Part shown: one piece after another, positions 43,803 through 56,494 of the stretch
Layout of the letters: the number at the start of each line of letters is the position of its first letter
Position numbering within the stretch: the stretch's first letter is position 1
Source: Yuukianura sp. NJ FZ-2021
Taxonomy: Eukaryota
Assembly: GCA_046563655.1 (NCBI GenBank)
Contig: CM102289.1
Coordinates: 310,001-374,000, forward strand
Direction of reading: 5' to 3'
DNA: 64,000 bases
The notes under the pieces: generated by a model
What the model was told of the DNA's origin: nothing
What the model saw: the letters and a program-made list of their open reading frames with translations, nothing else
Database searches by the model: none
Program-made: the position numbers and the translations under genes

Positions 43803-46800
43803 TCAAATGTAAGCGTTGTAGTGGGGCTGAGGTGGACAGTTTTGGTTGAAATGTCTTGCGTAGGAGGGGAAAGGAAAAGGAACAGCGATCGCTGCAGCCC
43901 CGGCATTGTTTCGATGTGCTGGCGCTGGAACCGGCATGTCAATTTGCATTGGTTGCAGTGCCTCCAAGTTGACTGTGTGCCCAACAGTGAGTAACTGCTG
44001 ATACTGGTTCTGTACTGGAAGTGTTGGGGAAGTATTCTTAGCATCTTCAGACAAATGATCTTGGTCTTGCACAAACTGCATAGTAGATGGTTTCGGAAGT
44101 GCTTGTTTCCTGGGTTTGACCAACTTCATGGACTGCGGATGCTGGTCAACTCCACCAGTACATTTCTTGTTCCGCACATGCGTCACCATGCTCTGTTTCA
44201 ACGCAAATCCCTTGTTGCACATCGGGCAGTAGAATGGAATGTGCTTAGTGTGGGTCCTTTCGTGCTTCTCCCACGGAGATTTAGTCACAAACCACTGAAA
44301 ATAGTTTCGAAACTCTTTTTTTTTTCAAAATGTTCGAATTTTTAGAATATTTTGCGTTGGTAGTTTTGGCTCACTTTTGGACAGTAGCTACATCGATACT
44401 TTTTGTGTACTCGCTCCGTCTCGTGAATGTACTTGATGTGGCCTTTCAGATTCTCCGCCGTGTTAAAAAGTTTTCCGCAGTGTTGGCACTTGTGTTCCTA
44501 AAATTTTAAAAAGTCATCACTTTTCATGTTCAAAACAATTTCAATTTCGAAAAAAAAATTACCCGAATGTCCTTCTTGTGTACATATTCATGCCGTCTCA
44601 AACTGGATCCAAAGTTAAAACTAAAGAACAATAACAATTAGCGCTGCAATGTGCTGCTGAAATGCTGGAATGTACTGCCGAAGTGCTGGAATACTGAAAT
44701 TTATTTAAATTAATTTTCACTTACGTCTTGCCACACTCTGAACATTGATAAGTTGCTCCAATTCCTAATGCCTGAAAATACAACCAAGATTTAACCCGTT
44801 AATTTCGCAGACGTTTTTTTAAACCCAAATCTGGCCAATTCCACGTCTTCTCCTGAGGGTGACGCTCGGTCAACGCCATTTAGCGCCGTGTTAATTTTGT
44901 GCCGATCCCGACACCCGGCTGGTGTCTTCCTGTCAACCGGAGGAGGAGTTAAGGACACTGTTGCCTATTCTCCTCGTAGAAGTGGAAGAGAAGGCAAGAG
45001 CGAGTGCATGCAGCATTGTTAACTCCTACCTCCTCCTCTGGGCTGGGTCGGATCACCGCTCGGGCTTTTTCAATTTTTCAGAAATTAATTGCGTACTTTT
45101 TAATTTAAAATGAGGAGTTACGCGCCACCTAGCGTGGTTTACCCTAACCGAATCGATTCAGAATTTTGTTAGGGTCATATACATGGCCGGGGGATGGCGC
45201 TGGGGTCCATATACCGGAATGGCATACTAAAAATGAGACGCGGATTACGGAGGTGTTGACAATTGTCAACCTTAGAAATTAACGGGTTAAACAAAATCAC
45301 AAAAAAACTAAACTCTTCAAAATTAACATTTTTTCTAAACCTTTCGTTTTTCCATGATATCTTTGTACGTTCTCGGCCCGGTTTCTCCCGCGGCGATTGC
45401 TATTTCCCTCTCTTCTGCATTCTTGTGAGTCCACATGTGTTTTCTCAAGTACTATTTTTCAAAAACGAAAGTTAGTAAGTAACCTTTGACCTTCAAAATT
45501 TCAAAATTCGAGCTTACAGCTTCCTCTGAAATGGGTTTTCCACAAATGTCGCATCTGAGTTCGAGTGGATTTTCGGCATGGGTTTTGTCAATGTGATGCT
45601 GGAGCTCCTTCTGACATCGGTATGCTTTTCCACACTGGTCACAACTGTAGCACAGAAGATGCTTGGCTCTGATGTGGTTGATCATCTGACGATAAGGACA
45701 CTGCTTAGACCTCCGAGATTGCAAGTTCGTAAAGGATTTTGGACACATTCCACAGAGCAGATGAAAATCTTCTCCCTCCAACTCAGTTCTCACGAACGGA
45801 ATCTCTTGATACGTCAGTGTTCCATCGTCACCCACGAAAATTTCTTGTGGCATCTTCTGCGTCCCGAACACACGCGATTGACGAGGTTTAACTGTAAAAA
45901 GTGAATTTTAACCAGTGAAAAAAGTTAAAACGTTCAACCAAGTTCAGTGAAAAATATGAATCAGCTGACTTACCTTTCTTTCCGCCTGGTGGATGTTGAG
46001 TCTCCAAATGGAAAATGAGTCTTCTGTGATTGTGCAAAGATTTGCCACATTCTTTGCACTTGTAAGCATCCAAATGATAAGCTTTGATGTGCGTTTGCAT
46101 GAGGCGATATGCACAACGCTGTTGGGATAGAGCATTGTTCTTGTCAATTTCCTTGTCACATGACCCACACTTGAGCACAAATTCTCCCCGCGTTTCATCG
46201 CCTTCTCTCCAGTGAATTTCAATTCCTTCAAAGAATTTACGTCCGTCTTCTCTCACTTCAATCTCAGCATAAGTCTCTGGAGGCCATTGTCGAAAACGAC
46301 GTCGATTACGCAGATTTTTCTTAGATAAACGAGTAGATGTCCGTTCTCTTAAATTCATCTTACAAGTAGACACCGCGTTACGTTTTCTTCTGCGTGGTTT
46401 CCTGTGAAGTTAAGAAAAATTGTAAGGATACTGCATGAAGTCGATGCAAAATTGTTTTTCACCGACTGTATATTCCAAAGAAGAGAAAAAAAAACTATTC
46501 GACTGGAGTAGGATTTGACCTCACATCTGTCTGTTCCAGGGAAGTCGCTGTCAGCATTGAGCTACCCAGTTACAGCACGTTATTACTCAAATCCTGCCTT
46601 TTGTTTTAACCTTAACTTTAACTGCTTACGGCTCATCATAAATCTCAAAATCACTGTCATCATCCTGGTAGTTGTCCAAGTCCAGTTCGGAATTGGAGTT
46701 TTCATTATCATCACCCTGAGATTCTGCGAAAGCATGGTTCTTCTCTGTGAATTCAGCATCTTCTTCATCTTCATTCGCGTTAGCATGCAAAGAGCTGTTG

Positions 46801-47865
46801 GAATTCGAGGAATCTCGGCTGATGAAATTCTTTAACGGTTTGGATTCCTTTTGGTTTCGTTCCCGTTTCAACTTGAGACGGGTACTGGCACTGGCAAGTC
46901 GCAGACGGGTCAAAGGCCGATCTTGATTGTTGATCCACTCTGCTGTGTCATCAAGGTCGCCCCCCTCCCCCGGAACTCTCTCAAGGTCAACGTCCACTTC
47001 AATTTTATTAGTACTTTGATACTGCCGTTCTTCTGCAGCTCTTATTCCTGCAACAAAGCAAAACGTTTTCAAAATGAACAAAAAATTGATGAACCGTTTG
47101 TAAAAATGGATGGGTTTTTACTCATTCCAAGATGCAATTGGACAAACGACGGCTCTACTTCGATCACATGACTCTCCTCCGGTTCAGTTGGCTCCAGTTT
47201 ACAAACAACATTGGCCGTAAGTTCACCGATTTTCTGCCGCAATAGTTCTCTTACATTGTATTCTAAATGAAAACGAAAATCAATCGTTAAGATGTTAAGT
47301 TTGTCTCATGAATGTCAATGAAAATTTCACCTTCCAGAACTTGTTTTCGGAAAGATGATCGGATACTCTCGAAATCCAGCATATCCTTGTAGGATGAGTT
47401 GGTAGAAGCCACTCTACATTCCAATTCTCTTATACAATGTGACATCTCGGATTCCAACTTGAGTAGTCGTTCTCTCAGTTGAATCAATCCCATGACGCCA
47501 GTGGAACACTCAGAACAGAAGGGGAGTTGTTTTGGAACGTAGTTGGTAAATGTATCCCACGATACTCGCATGAGTTGACACAATATGCGGAGGATATTGA
47601 TGTTCTCTAAAGTTGAAGGAGCTGCGCCCTCTTGACTTCCGGAAGTATCCGCATAAGTATTGTTGCAAATCAAACACCGTTCGTCAGCTGAAACTTGATC
47701 CGTGAGTGGACACGGGGAATCGCTATGTGTCTCTAAGATGGAGGTTGAAGGAACATCATGGATCACTGGCATATGGATCTCTGACATGTTGGTCTCTGGC
47801 ATGTGGGTCTCTGGCATATGAGTCTCTGGCATGTGGTTCTCTGGCATGTCACTCATGGTAGACAT
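43803..47865 (-). CDS. ZAD-like plus multiple C2H2 zinc-finger transcription factor
   Basis: N-terminal CLIC...LPFCSEC followed by a helix, acidic linker, and many CxxC-x12-Hx3-4H fingers over about 10 exons; MPETH pentapeptide repeat near the start. Confidence 0.85.
44791..45290. mobile_element. piggyBac-like non-autonomous element
   Basis: TTAA-CCCGTTAATTTC ... GAAATTAACGGG-TTAA: TTAA target duplication and CCC/GGG termini; no transposase ORF. Confidence 0.8.
46438..46575 (-). mobile_element. tRNA-derived SINE-like copy (intronic, decayed)
   Basis: CTGGGTAGCTCAATG...GGTCAAATCCTACTCCA head and the same tail as 28081-28218. Confidence 0.65.
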
Positions 47866-48876
47866 TGTTGCAATTGCCAGTTACTGGGTTAGCTCGAACT
47901 GTGGACCCAAAAATAACGTCAACATCGTCACAATTACGTTAAAATTCCGAAGATTATCAATGAATTATCTTACCCATATATGTACTTCTCCGTAATTCGC
48001 AACTTCTAAGGACACTACTGAAAGTACACCTTAATCAGTTAGTGTCCATATCCCTTCTTACCTCATTTCTTGATAAATCAATCGCACAAGTAATTAACAC
48101 TATCAAAGAGAAAGAATCAATTTACTCATCATTTATCTGTTTACTTTAGAAAAGAACTTTTATTTCAACCACAATAGAGAAGAGTACTAAATCTCGGAAT
48201 TCGGGTTTTATCAATTTGTGAAAAGTGGGATACTCTAAACCACGGAATGCGTGAAATCGGGTAACGCAATATCCAATTGCATCAAATGTTTCAATTTCAG
48301 TGTTCTTTTAACGTTACAATGATGCATGAATATTTTTTCCGAAGAAAGAAACCAAGGTATTTTATTGTTCTGGTTACTAATTCATTAATTAATCAATCAT
48401 TAGTTGGACACAGATCACAACTGACAGGGGTTGAGGGACCGACAGTGGTTACAAAATACTGCTTAAATAATTAAATAAGCATAACAATTAAGACACTCTT
48501 TTAAACTTTCATAAAGTCTAGTCAGAAATTTAACATCCAATCTATAAAATGTAATAGATCTAAAACTGAAACACTACACTACCAATTATAGTATTCTAAT
48601 TCATTCCAGAATACTGTCAAAATTTGAAAATTCAATACCACATTTCAAGTCTAGTCACCCAAGTAAATGTACTTGAGATTAATCCATTCAGTGTAAAATT
48701 AAATTACTATTGCTTACTTACTTGTCTATAGACGTTGATGATGAAGATGAAAGTGATGTCAATATTCCGAGGATTAGTCAGTCCCAATATATCTAGTCAA
48801 TTTATCTCAAATATCTCTGGGAAGTAAAAATATATCTTGAGTATATCGCCGATAAGCTACCTTTCTGCAATACTTT

Positions 48877-51800
48877 TTAGATATTGGGAGCATCCAGTTC
48901 CGTCACAGCGTACTTTTCATGCCCATCAAATGCAACTCGCTTCCCAGCGATTATAGTTTGGACCAACCACTCCGGCTTCACCACTGGAATGTTCTTGGCT
49001 CTCGCATACTCCCAAACTTCCAGTGAACAAGTCATGTCAGTCACAAGCACATCCGTATGACTAGGAACTAGTGCCTCAGATTGACCTGAAACCACATTAA
49101 TCGATTAATTAACTAATTAATTAACTAGATCAGCTGATTAACTTTCAATTACCTTTCTTGAGATGTGGCCTCTTTGGAACAATGGCACCGGCAGCATGCA
49201 GCACCGGTTTCCAGTACTTGTACAACTCATCAGTCGCCCCAGTCACGTACACTTGGAACCCCTTCAGCGGCTTCTCACGATGTGCTGGCAGCACAACTTC
49301 AGATTCAATACTGAATCCAGCACTCAACTCATATGGACTCACATCCACAAGTTTTTGCTGAAAAACAAAAGTAGTAAAACAAAAATCAGCTGATTAGTAG
49401 AAATCCAGAGGAATCGGCTGATTAATCCAACTTTTCTCACTTACGGTGAAGTAAGTCAGAAAACAATCAATTAATTATCAATCAATTAATCGTAAGTTTT
49501 ACTTTTCGGAAACTCTCGATGATCCAAGTGAAGGAGACACAAGGGATCCCAGCTGCCAAAGCATAGATGTACTTTACAGTCCTCGCATAATTGTCTGAGA
49601 TGAGGAACAGATTCTTTCGCCTCCTGCCCTCCGATCCAACTCCGTCCAGTACTGCACCTCCGCAGGTTTCAATCATTCCTCGTAGCTCTTCTTTGTCATA
49701 GGCAACAACAACTGTTTCATATAAGAGAGAGCAGTTAATTAAAGTTAAAGTTAATTAACATCAAAATAAAGTTAACTAAACAATCATTTGGTGTGTCCTT
49801 GATAAAGAAAAACTTGCCACTAGAAGTTGCTGGATCCACTCCTCCGCCACTTGCTGTTAGAAAGAAGTACGTTTTGGCAAAAATCTGGGCCGGATCGTCA
49901 TCTTCATCTATACAATTCAAATGAATCAGTTAAATACTTAAATTACTTAGTTAATTGGTTAGTTACTTAACTAAGTAGTTAAAATTTAGTTAAGATAAGT
50001 TGTCACCTTTTCCTGAGTTTGAGTCAGTCTCAATGCCGGAGAGGCTGCGAGTGGGAACAAGTTCTTCAGTTGGCGACGGAGATTCATCAATACTAATGTC
50101 ACCAGCAGAATTGGATAGAGACGGAGTCAACTCTTCACTGGCATCTTCATGTTTCGTTTTCGAGCGACTGCTGCCACTTCCAGCCAAGTTTCGCTTGTAA
50201 ATCGCTGGAGTTACAGCCTGTGTGGTTGGCTGTTTCCGAGTAGTTGGAGTAGTCATGCTCGAAGAAACGTTCAACTCCGGCTTAGCAAAAGCAGGAACTA
50301 CATCAGATGATCTAAAAAAAACACACAAAATGAAAAGTTACAAACTCGTTGAGTCTGAAATTCTAAAAACTCCGTCTGGAATTCTGAAAACTCCGTCGAA
50401 AATTCTGAAAAATTAACACAACTTACTTTGACTTTGAGGTTGACTCTAGACTGGCAACGATAGCTCTGATTTGATTTGAAGGCGTCGGCTCCATCTTGGC
50501 ACTCCGGTCTCTCTTCCCAATGACAATATTTTCTAAAAAAAGAGCATTTTCAAAATCAAAATTTCAAAAGTCAAAGACTATTTAAAAATCCAAATCCAAA
50601 AAAATCTGTATTACCGACTGAAAGATCTGCAGCTTTTGGCGTCATTGTAACTTGGTACTGTTTTCGCATTTCCTTCGCATCGTTCGGCACAATCGTCAAG
50701 TTCTTCCTGTTTGAAATAATGACACGTCCATCCTCTTCGCTGATTAAAGCATATTCAGTCTTCTCCAAATCATCGTTCGTCCCATCCAGACTAATTGTCA
50801 CAATTAATTAAAATTAAAACAGAATCAATTAATTTCATTTTTATGAATGAAGTTCCAAACTTACAAACGCTGTCCAGCGATAACGCAATTTTCAGGCTTG
50901 AAGTGATCTTGTGGAGAGTACACCGTCCAGGTTCCAATTCCGAGAATTTTGATTGGCAAAATGTGAGATTCAGAAGCGACGTCCGTCATGCCATCTTCGA
51001 AATAGATGTACCAAGTATCATTGAGACCTCGTTTCCAAACTTTACCAGAGTAGTACACTCCGTCCCTCCAACGAGCAAACACAGCCGCACCTTCAATAGC
51101 AAAAATCAACTAAGCATAACAATAGTAGCATTACATCTATAGTCTATAGAGATCCAGATGGTCTGAAGTGGTAGCACTTAGAAGGCCATCGACCACCTAC
51201 CACTTTCCGACCACCTACCACTTTAACATTAACATTTATCACATTCGCATGATCTATGAACTCACCAGGCCAAACTGTGCCCCACAATGTCGCAGATTTG
51301 ACGAAAGACGGATCCGAGAAATTGTCCACCGCTGCCGTCGCTGCTTCCTGGTTTCTGCCTCCTACTTGATCTTTCTTCTTCCCACGATTTCCCTCTGCTT
51401 TGATACTCAACGAACTAGTAGTGCTTGAAAAAGTATTGGACATGGTCGTGCTCGATCCAAAGCTGCTGCTTTCATTCTTTTTTGCACTTTTGGGTGCACG
51501 GGGAGTCGAGATTTGTTCAACGATCTGCATTCAAGACAAACATTTTAGTTTTACCTACATGGATTAAGTAAATAGCAGTGTTGCTGGATATCCACTTTTT
51601 TAGCAACTCGTCCAAGTGATATCCAGGGGATAAATGGATAAATCCGGATAAAATCCAGTTTCCGATGGAAGAAATTGAGTTTCATCCGGAAGAAACCAAT
51701 AAAATCCGGATATATCCACCACTTACGAAGAGAGTGGACGAAATATTTTATCCATCCAGCAACACTGGTGAATAACATTAGAATAGGAATTAGTTACCTC

Positions 51801-53266
51801 AGCCTCACTGGATTTTGTAACATCACGCCTTTTTGTACTTGTTTGATCATTCTCTTCATGCTCATCACCATCGGAAATTCGGGTAGAAGAAAGCAGCGGA
51901 CCAGCACGGTTCCGGCGATGGGGCATCTTTGTGTACGAATTAGTCACAACTGCAAATTCATCAAAAACGACAATCAAACGTTTAAAAACGGCATTTGAAA
52001 GTTAAGATGGAACAGCTGATTGAATTGGACTTACGTGAGTTGACACTGGGGCGACTCAAGGTCGAAGCATCACTGGGCCGCGTAATGGTGGATCCAAGAG
52101 AGTACTTGGCTGGATTGTTGATCTCCTCTCGCACATTAAGAGCACTTGAACCTCCATGGGCAACGTTAGTTTCCGAAGCAGAAATGTCAGCAGCATATCC
52201 TGATTCAATCTTCGACACATTAACGTCATGCGATTTCAGAAAGTTAGTAACCGAGGCCATGTCTGCCTTGAACTCTTTAGTTTCCAGAATAACTTGGTTG
52301 GTTGCAGGATTAATCAACTTCATGAACACATGGACCTGCGATTTCCTCTGTTCAAACAAAAATGTTTCAATTTGTCAAAAAATTCAGCCAATTAATACTT
52401 TTACTTTTTATCAATCTTACGTTGATACTGGATCCAGTTGAGCTACTGGTAAGTTCAGAAAGTGATTTGGCAGTCGTTTTCAAATCGACAGAAACTGCTG
52501 AAACTGCGTTGATTGATTGCTGTTCCTTCTCTTGTGCCTTCTGTTTCTCTCTGGCGATGATTTGAGAGTAGAACTTGTCAGAGTTATTGGAATGATCAGA
52601 GTCCTGCTCAGCCTCAACTGGACCAGGGACACTCGTCCCACCATTACTCCGTCTTTTAGCAAAAGGAGCTTCTCGGAGCAGATCTTCATCCAATACGAAA
52701 TCATCCATGATCTCTTCCGAGTCAGATCCGGATAAGTCAGAAATGCTCTTCAAGTCTCCCGCTTCAACTCGGCCAAGAGATGCCGGTGCGGATCCAGGCT
52801 TCTTCTCTGCTATTCCAGAAAGCAAAAAATGTCCATGCTCAATAGTACCGGACCGGTATAAATCTTAAGAAAATGACAATAATCATTTGGTTTACCAAGA
52901 ATACTTGACAATGAAGACGTGTTGGAGTCGATCCGCATTCTCTTGGTGTTCTGGAGCAGTTGTGTTGGTTGACTGTTATCGTGATTCCTAGTTCTTGGTC
53001 GCTTATTGCTCGGCCCTGGCCGCTCTTTATCTCGATTCGTTTCATTGTCGTCGTTGCTCAGAAGTGGAATTGGCGGCGCCGCTCTTAAGCCTCTCGTTCC
53101 TCTCCTCCTGCAAAAATATCGTCGTTAGTGGATGGAAGTATCCTTTCATGATAAGGGAGTCCCTTTAAGGGACATCCAAGTCTTCAAAAAGACAATCCAT
53201 TGATATAAAATTGAGTTAATTGGTTTCATACCCGCCGGGGCCGGAGAATGAATGATCCTGGTCCAT
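48877..53266 (-). CDS. TP53BP1: 53BP1 homolog (Tudor, UDR-like motif, tandem BRCT)
   Basis: Tudor VFARWRDGVYYSGKV..YFEDG; spliced ADLSV|ENIVIGKRDR; BRCT1 ARTVKYIYALAAGIPCVSFTWI; BRCT2 IPVVKPEWLVQTII. Probable ATG at 53266. Confidence 0.85.
51576..51767. mobile_element. MITE-like element in a 53BP1 intron
   Basis: 14-bp TIRs cagtgttgctggat / atccagcaacactg with internal ggata/tatcc subrepeats. Confidence 0.65.
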
Positions 53267-54139
53267 TTTAGAACCGGGAAATGGTGATATGACAGCTTCA
53301 GCTCCTCAGTGCTTCTTCGACGGTTGCATTCGATAGTGACAGTAAAGCAAACTCCAATTTCTAATTGATAAATTAACAGTGATGGTGATGGATGACTGAC
53401 ACTGTGAAAAGATTACATAAACAAAACAAATGGTTGAAAAGTGAACGCAGTCCGAGAGCTAAGCGAGGGAGAAGACAAGAAAGAGAGAGGGAAACACATG
53501 CGTGGTTGAAGTAAGGAAAAATTAGCACTTTTGTATTTCTAACGATTAAATTTCGTTTGCAAAGCGAAGATACTACCAAAATCCAAAACAAATTCAATTG
53601 AAAATACAAAAGTCGCATCTGCACATTGGCGGTGAACTGGCCAAATGAAACGTGAAATGGCGATTGGCGGATTTGTCAATGACAATTTGACTAAATTTGT
53701 GTGACTTCATAGCGTGGATACGTGTATTAGTCACAACCTTAAGTCAACCGACAATATAAAGAACAGTTTGTGAAAGATATAGGAAGGATATATTCATATT
53801 ATATACAGCAGCGGTTTTTTTTATGGAAAAAAGCGCAACAATGCGAATTTAAAGTGCGCGCACTTTATTACGATGATTTGTTAGAATAAATCATCGTTTC
53901 TTTTGCAGTTGAGTTGTTGGGTTTATTCTGCAAATTAATTACATTAGAAAATTAAATAAACACATTCATAGTAAAGTACGGACCTTCCCAATTCCCTTAT
54001 GAAAGTTCAGTAAACACAAGATTCTAATTAAGCATTTGTATACATGGTAAAGTAGGATAAACCCAACTTAGAAAAGAGCCAATTGATTAATCAAGCTAAT
54101 TGAAGATTGAAGAAACAAGAGTTGACAGTAAACGTAGAA

Positions 54140-54219
54140 TTCAGATTCAGCAATTAATCATGCAGAGAACAAGACCGATTAGAGTCCTTCACTTCTCTGC
54201 AGTCATGAACTGAACTGAA
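54140..54219 (-). promoter_or_regulatory. SECIS element (type II-like) in the SPS 3'UTR
   Basis: Minus strand: ttcagttcag-ttc-ATGAc-tgcagagaa-gtgAA-ggac..gtct-tg-ttctctgca-TGAT-taattg-ctgaatctgaa. This gives helix I, the AUGA/GA quartet, a 9-bp perfect helix II, apical AA and a mini-helix. Confidence 0.88.
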
Positions 54220-54355
54220 GTCTCTCTGAAGATAAAGTGTTTCCCGTATCTCCACTCTCCAATAGTCCAATTAATTGAATTACTTGTTGAATTAAACTGA
54301 ATTAGTTGCTGAATTAGTTGAAATACATGAAATAGTTTGTTCCTAAGTAACTGGA

Positions 54356-56494
54356 CTACCAGAGAGACCCTTCCTTATCCTTAGCCGGAACTTCAATTAC
54401 TCGTGGCTTGTCGATGATCCGTGCCGTTCGATTACCCTTCTCCACAATTCCGATGATCCAGGCCTGGTAGCCTTCCTGTTTCTCGATCTCCTTGCAGTAA
54501 GCTGCTGCTTGTTCTCTCGGCAGACAGATCAATAACCCACCTAAACAATTAACATTAAGATTTATTCATAGAAAGTTAATCGATTAACTTAAGTATAGCT
54601 TACCTGAAGTTTCTGGACATCCTCCCTGGAGCAACTGGAACATGGTGCCACAGGCCTTGGCAACTCCGCTCATCTTGGCAATGATAGGCAAGTTGTGAAT
54701 GACAAAAGCAACTTCGTTCTTCTGACACTTAGCCAGGTTCTGAGCGTGGCCCAGCAGTCCAAATCCAGTCACATCAGTGGCTCCATGTGCTTGATACTGG
54801 AACGAAATAAATCGTGAAGCTTAGTATTGCGATTAACGTAATCTAATTAACGATAACTTTAGTCCAACATTTTGTAAGAATGAAGTTTTAAACTTACCTT
54901 GTGCATGAGACGAGCAGCTGGAAGGCGTGAACGCAGTTTTTTGAAAAAATACAAACACATTTTTTGAAAATACTTTGAACAAGACTGCTTTTTCGTAACT
55001 TTTGATGACTTACCGTTTCGGTTCAATCTAGCCATAGAGTCAATGCTCCTGTTGTAAGCTTTTCTGACATCTTCGTCACTAATGACCAACTTGATTCTGT
55101 TCCAGCGCTCCGGCATGTCCAACCACTGATGAGCATGTACTGCTACTTGCGTTCCCAGTGGCTTCGTCAACACCAACACATCCCCTGCTACTGCATTTTC
55201 TGGACTAAAAACCATTGGATCAGATGCTGATGCTGCCAGCATATTGATGGAGACGTCTGTGAATTACTTTAAGAAAGTCGTTCCTTACACAATAATTTCC
55301 GGTGCTTGACAAACAGATGAAGCCACACCACCGATAGTAAGCCAAGGATTCACAACAGTTTGTCCGCCACTCAGCTGCGTACCGGCCTCTTCTGCACAAT
55401 CCTAGGAGATAAAGATAAATGTGTGAGATAACAGGATACTTATCGATAAACAGCTGAGATAGGATACGTATCTATAAACAGCTGAGATAACAGGATATGT
55501 ATCAATAAATACTACTGTAATTTTTAATCTGCCGGAAGCTTATGGAGTTGATTTTGTGAAAAATCGCAAAATCAATAACGAATAGTAGCTGAGATATGAT
55601 ACGTATTGATAAACATTTGAAATTAGAGGATAGTATCCATAAACTGCGGAGATAACAGGATACGTATGGATGAACAGGTGATATAGCAGGATACGTATCG
55701 ATAAACAGCTGAGATATAAACAAAAACGTTTATCCCGATCTTCCTTACCTTGAATCCACGCATGATCAGTGGTACAACGACGTCTCGCTCTTTATCAGTA
55801 AGCTTCGAAGAAACACCAAGAATCATAAGCATGTTGTCACACTCCGTAACGCCCATAGCGTACAGGTCGCTCAGCACATTCGCAGCAGCTATTTTCCCTA
55901 AATAGTGTCAACATTCCCAACAGAATATAAGTCATAAGGTCAAAGGTTATAAGTTTATACTAAAGCTATGATAATCGACATTAAAGCGTTCATATTTCCT
56001 TGCCCTGCATGTAGGGATCATCGACCAAAGGATAGAAAAAGTCTGTCGTTTGAACCAAAACGACTCCAGCGATGCGTGTTGGAGTAACACTAGAGTCCAT
56101 TCCAATACCTATGACACAGAGATAGTCAATTACTCAATTGACTTGGACAATTTATGCAAATTAGCTATTGTCAAGGAGTCAGGGTCGAATAGTTACCGAT
56201 TTTCCGAATTCCAAAGTGGTGAATAGTTTCTTCCTGGCCAGACGTATCGTCCGAGAGTCCCTCCAAGAGCTTCAGAAGAGTCTCCTGGGGGACTTTACAC
56301 CCTCATCCTTTTAAATCAGCGTACTTCGTCAACCGAAAGGTTGAGTCCAACTCATGACACACCGGATCGAACGGACGTCTGGCCAAACTGGATCCACCCA
56401 ATTCCAACTCGGCAGCATCCGCCTCCACCGTGGAATGTCCACTTCCATTGTTATGGTCAACCAGACCCAAGTACGCTTCGTTTCCATCCGCCAT
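54356..56494 (-). CDS. SPS: Selenophosphate synthetase (SelD/SEPHS family) with in-frame UGA (selenocysteine) codon
   Basis: [14 protein letters not shown](56305-56303)-[57 protein letters not shown]; stop at 54356. Confidence 0.95.
55405..55720. repeat. Degenerate intronic tandem repeat of about 31 bp (gagataacaggatacgtatcgataaacagct)
   Basis: Several copies in one SPS intron; two contain TATCGATA. Confidence 0.7.

Noticed and set aside
56303..56305. SPS as a nonsense pseudogene
   Set aside because: The TGA is exactly at the Sec site, the downstream frame is conserved and a SECIS is present.
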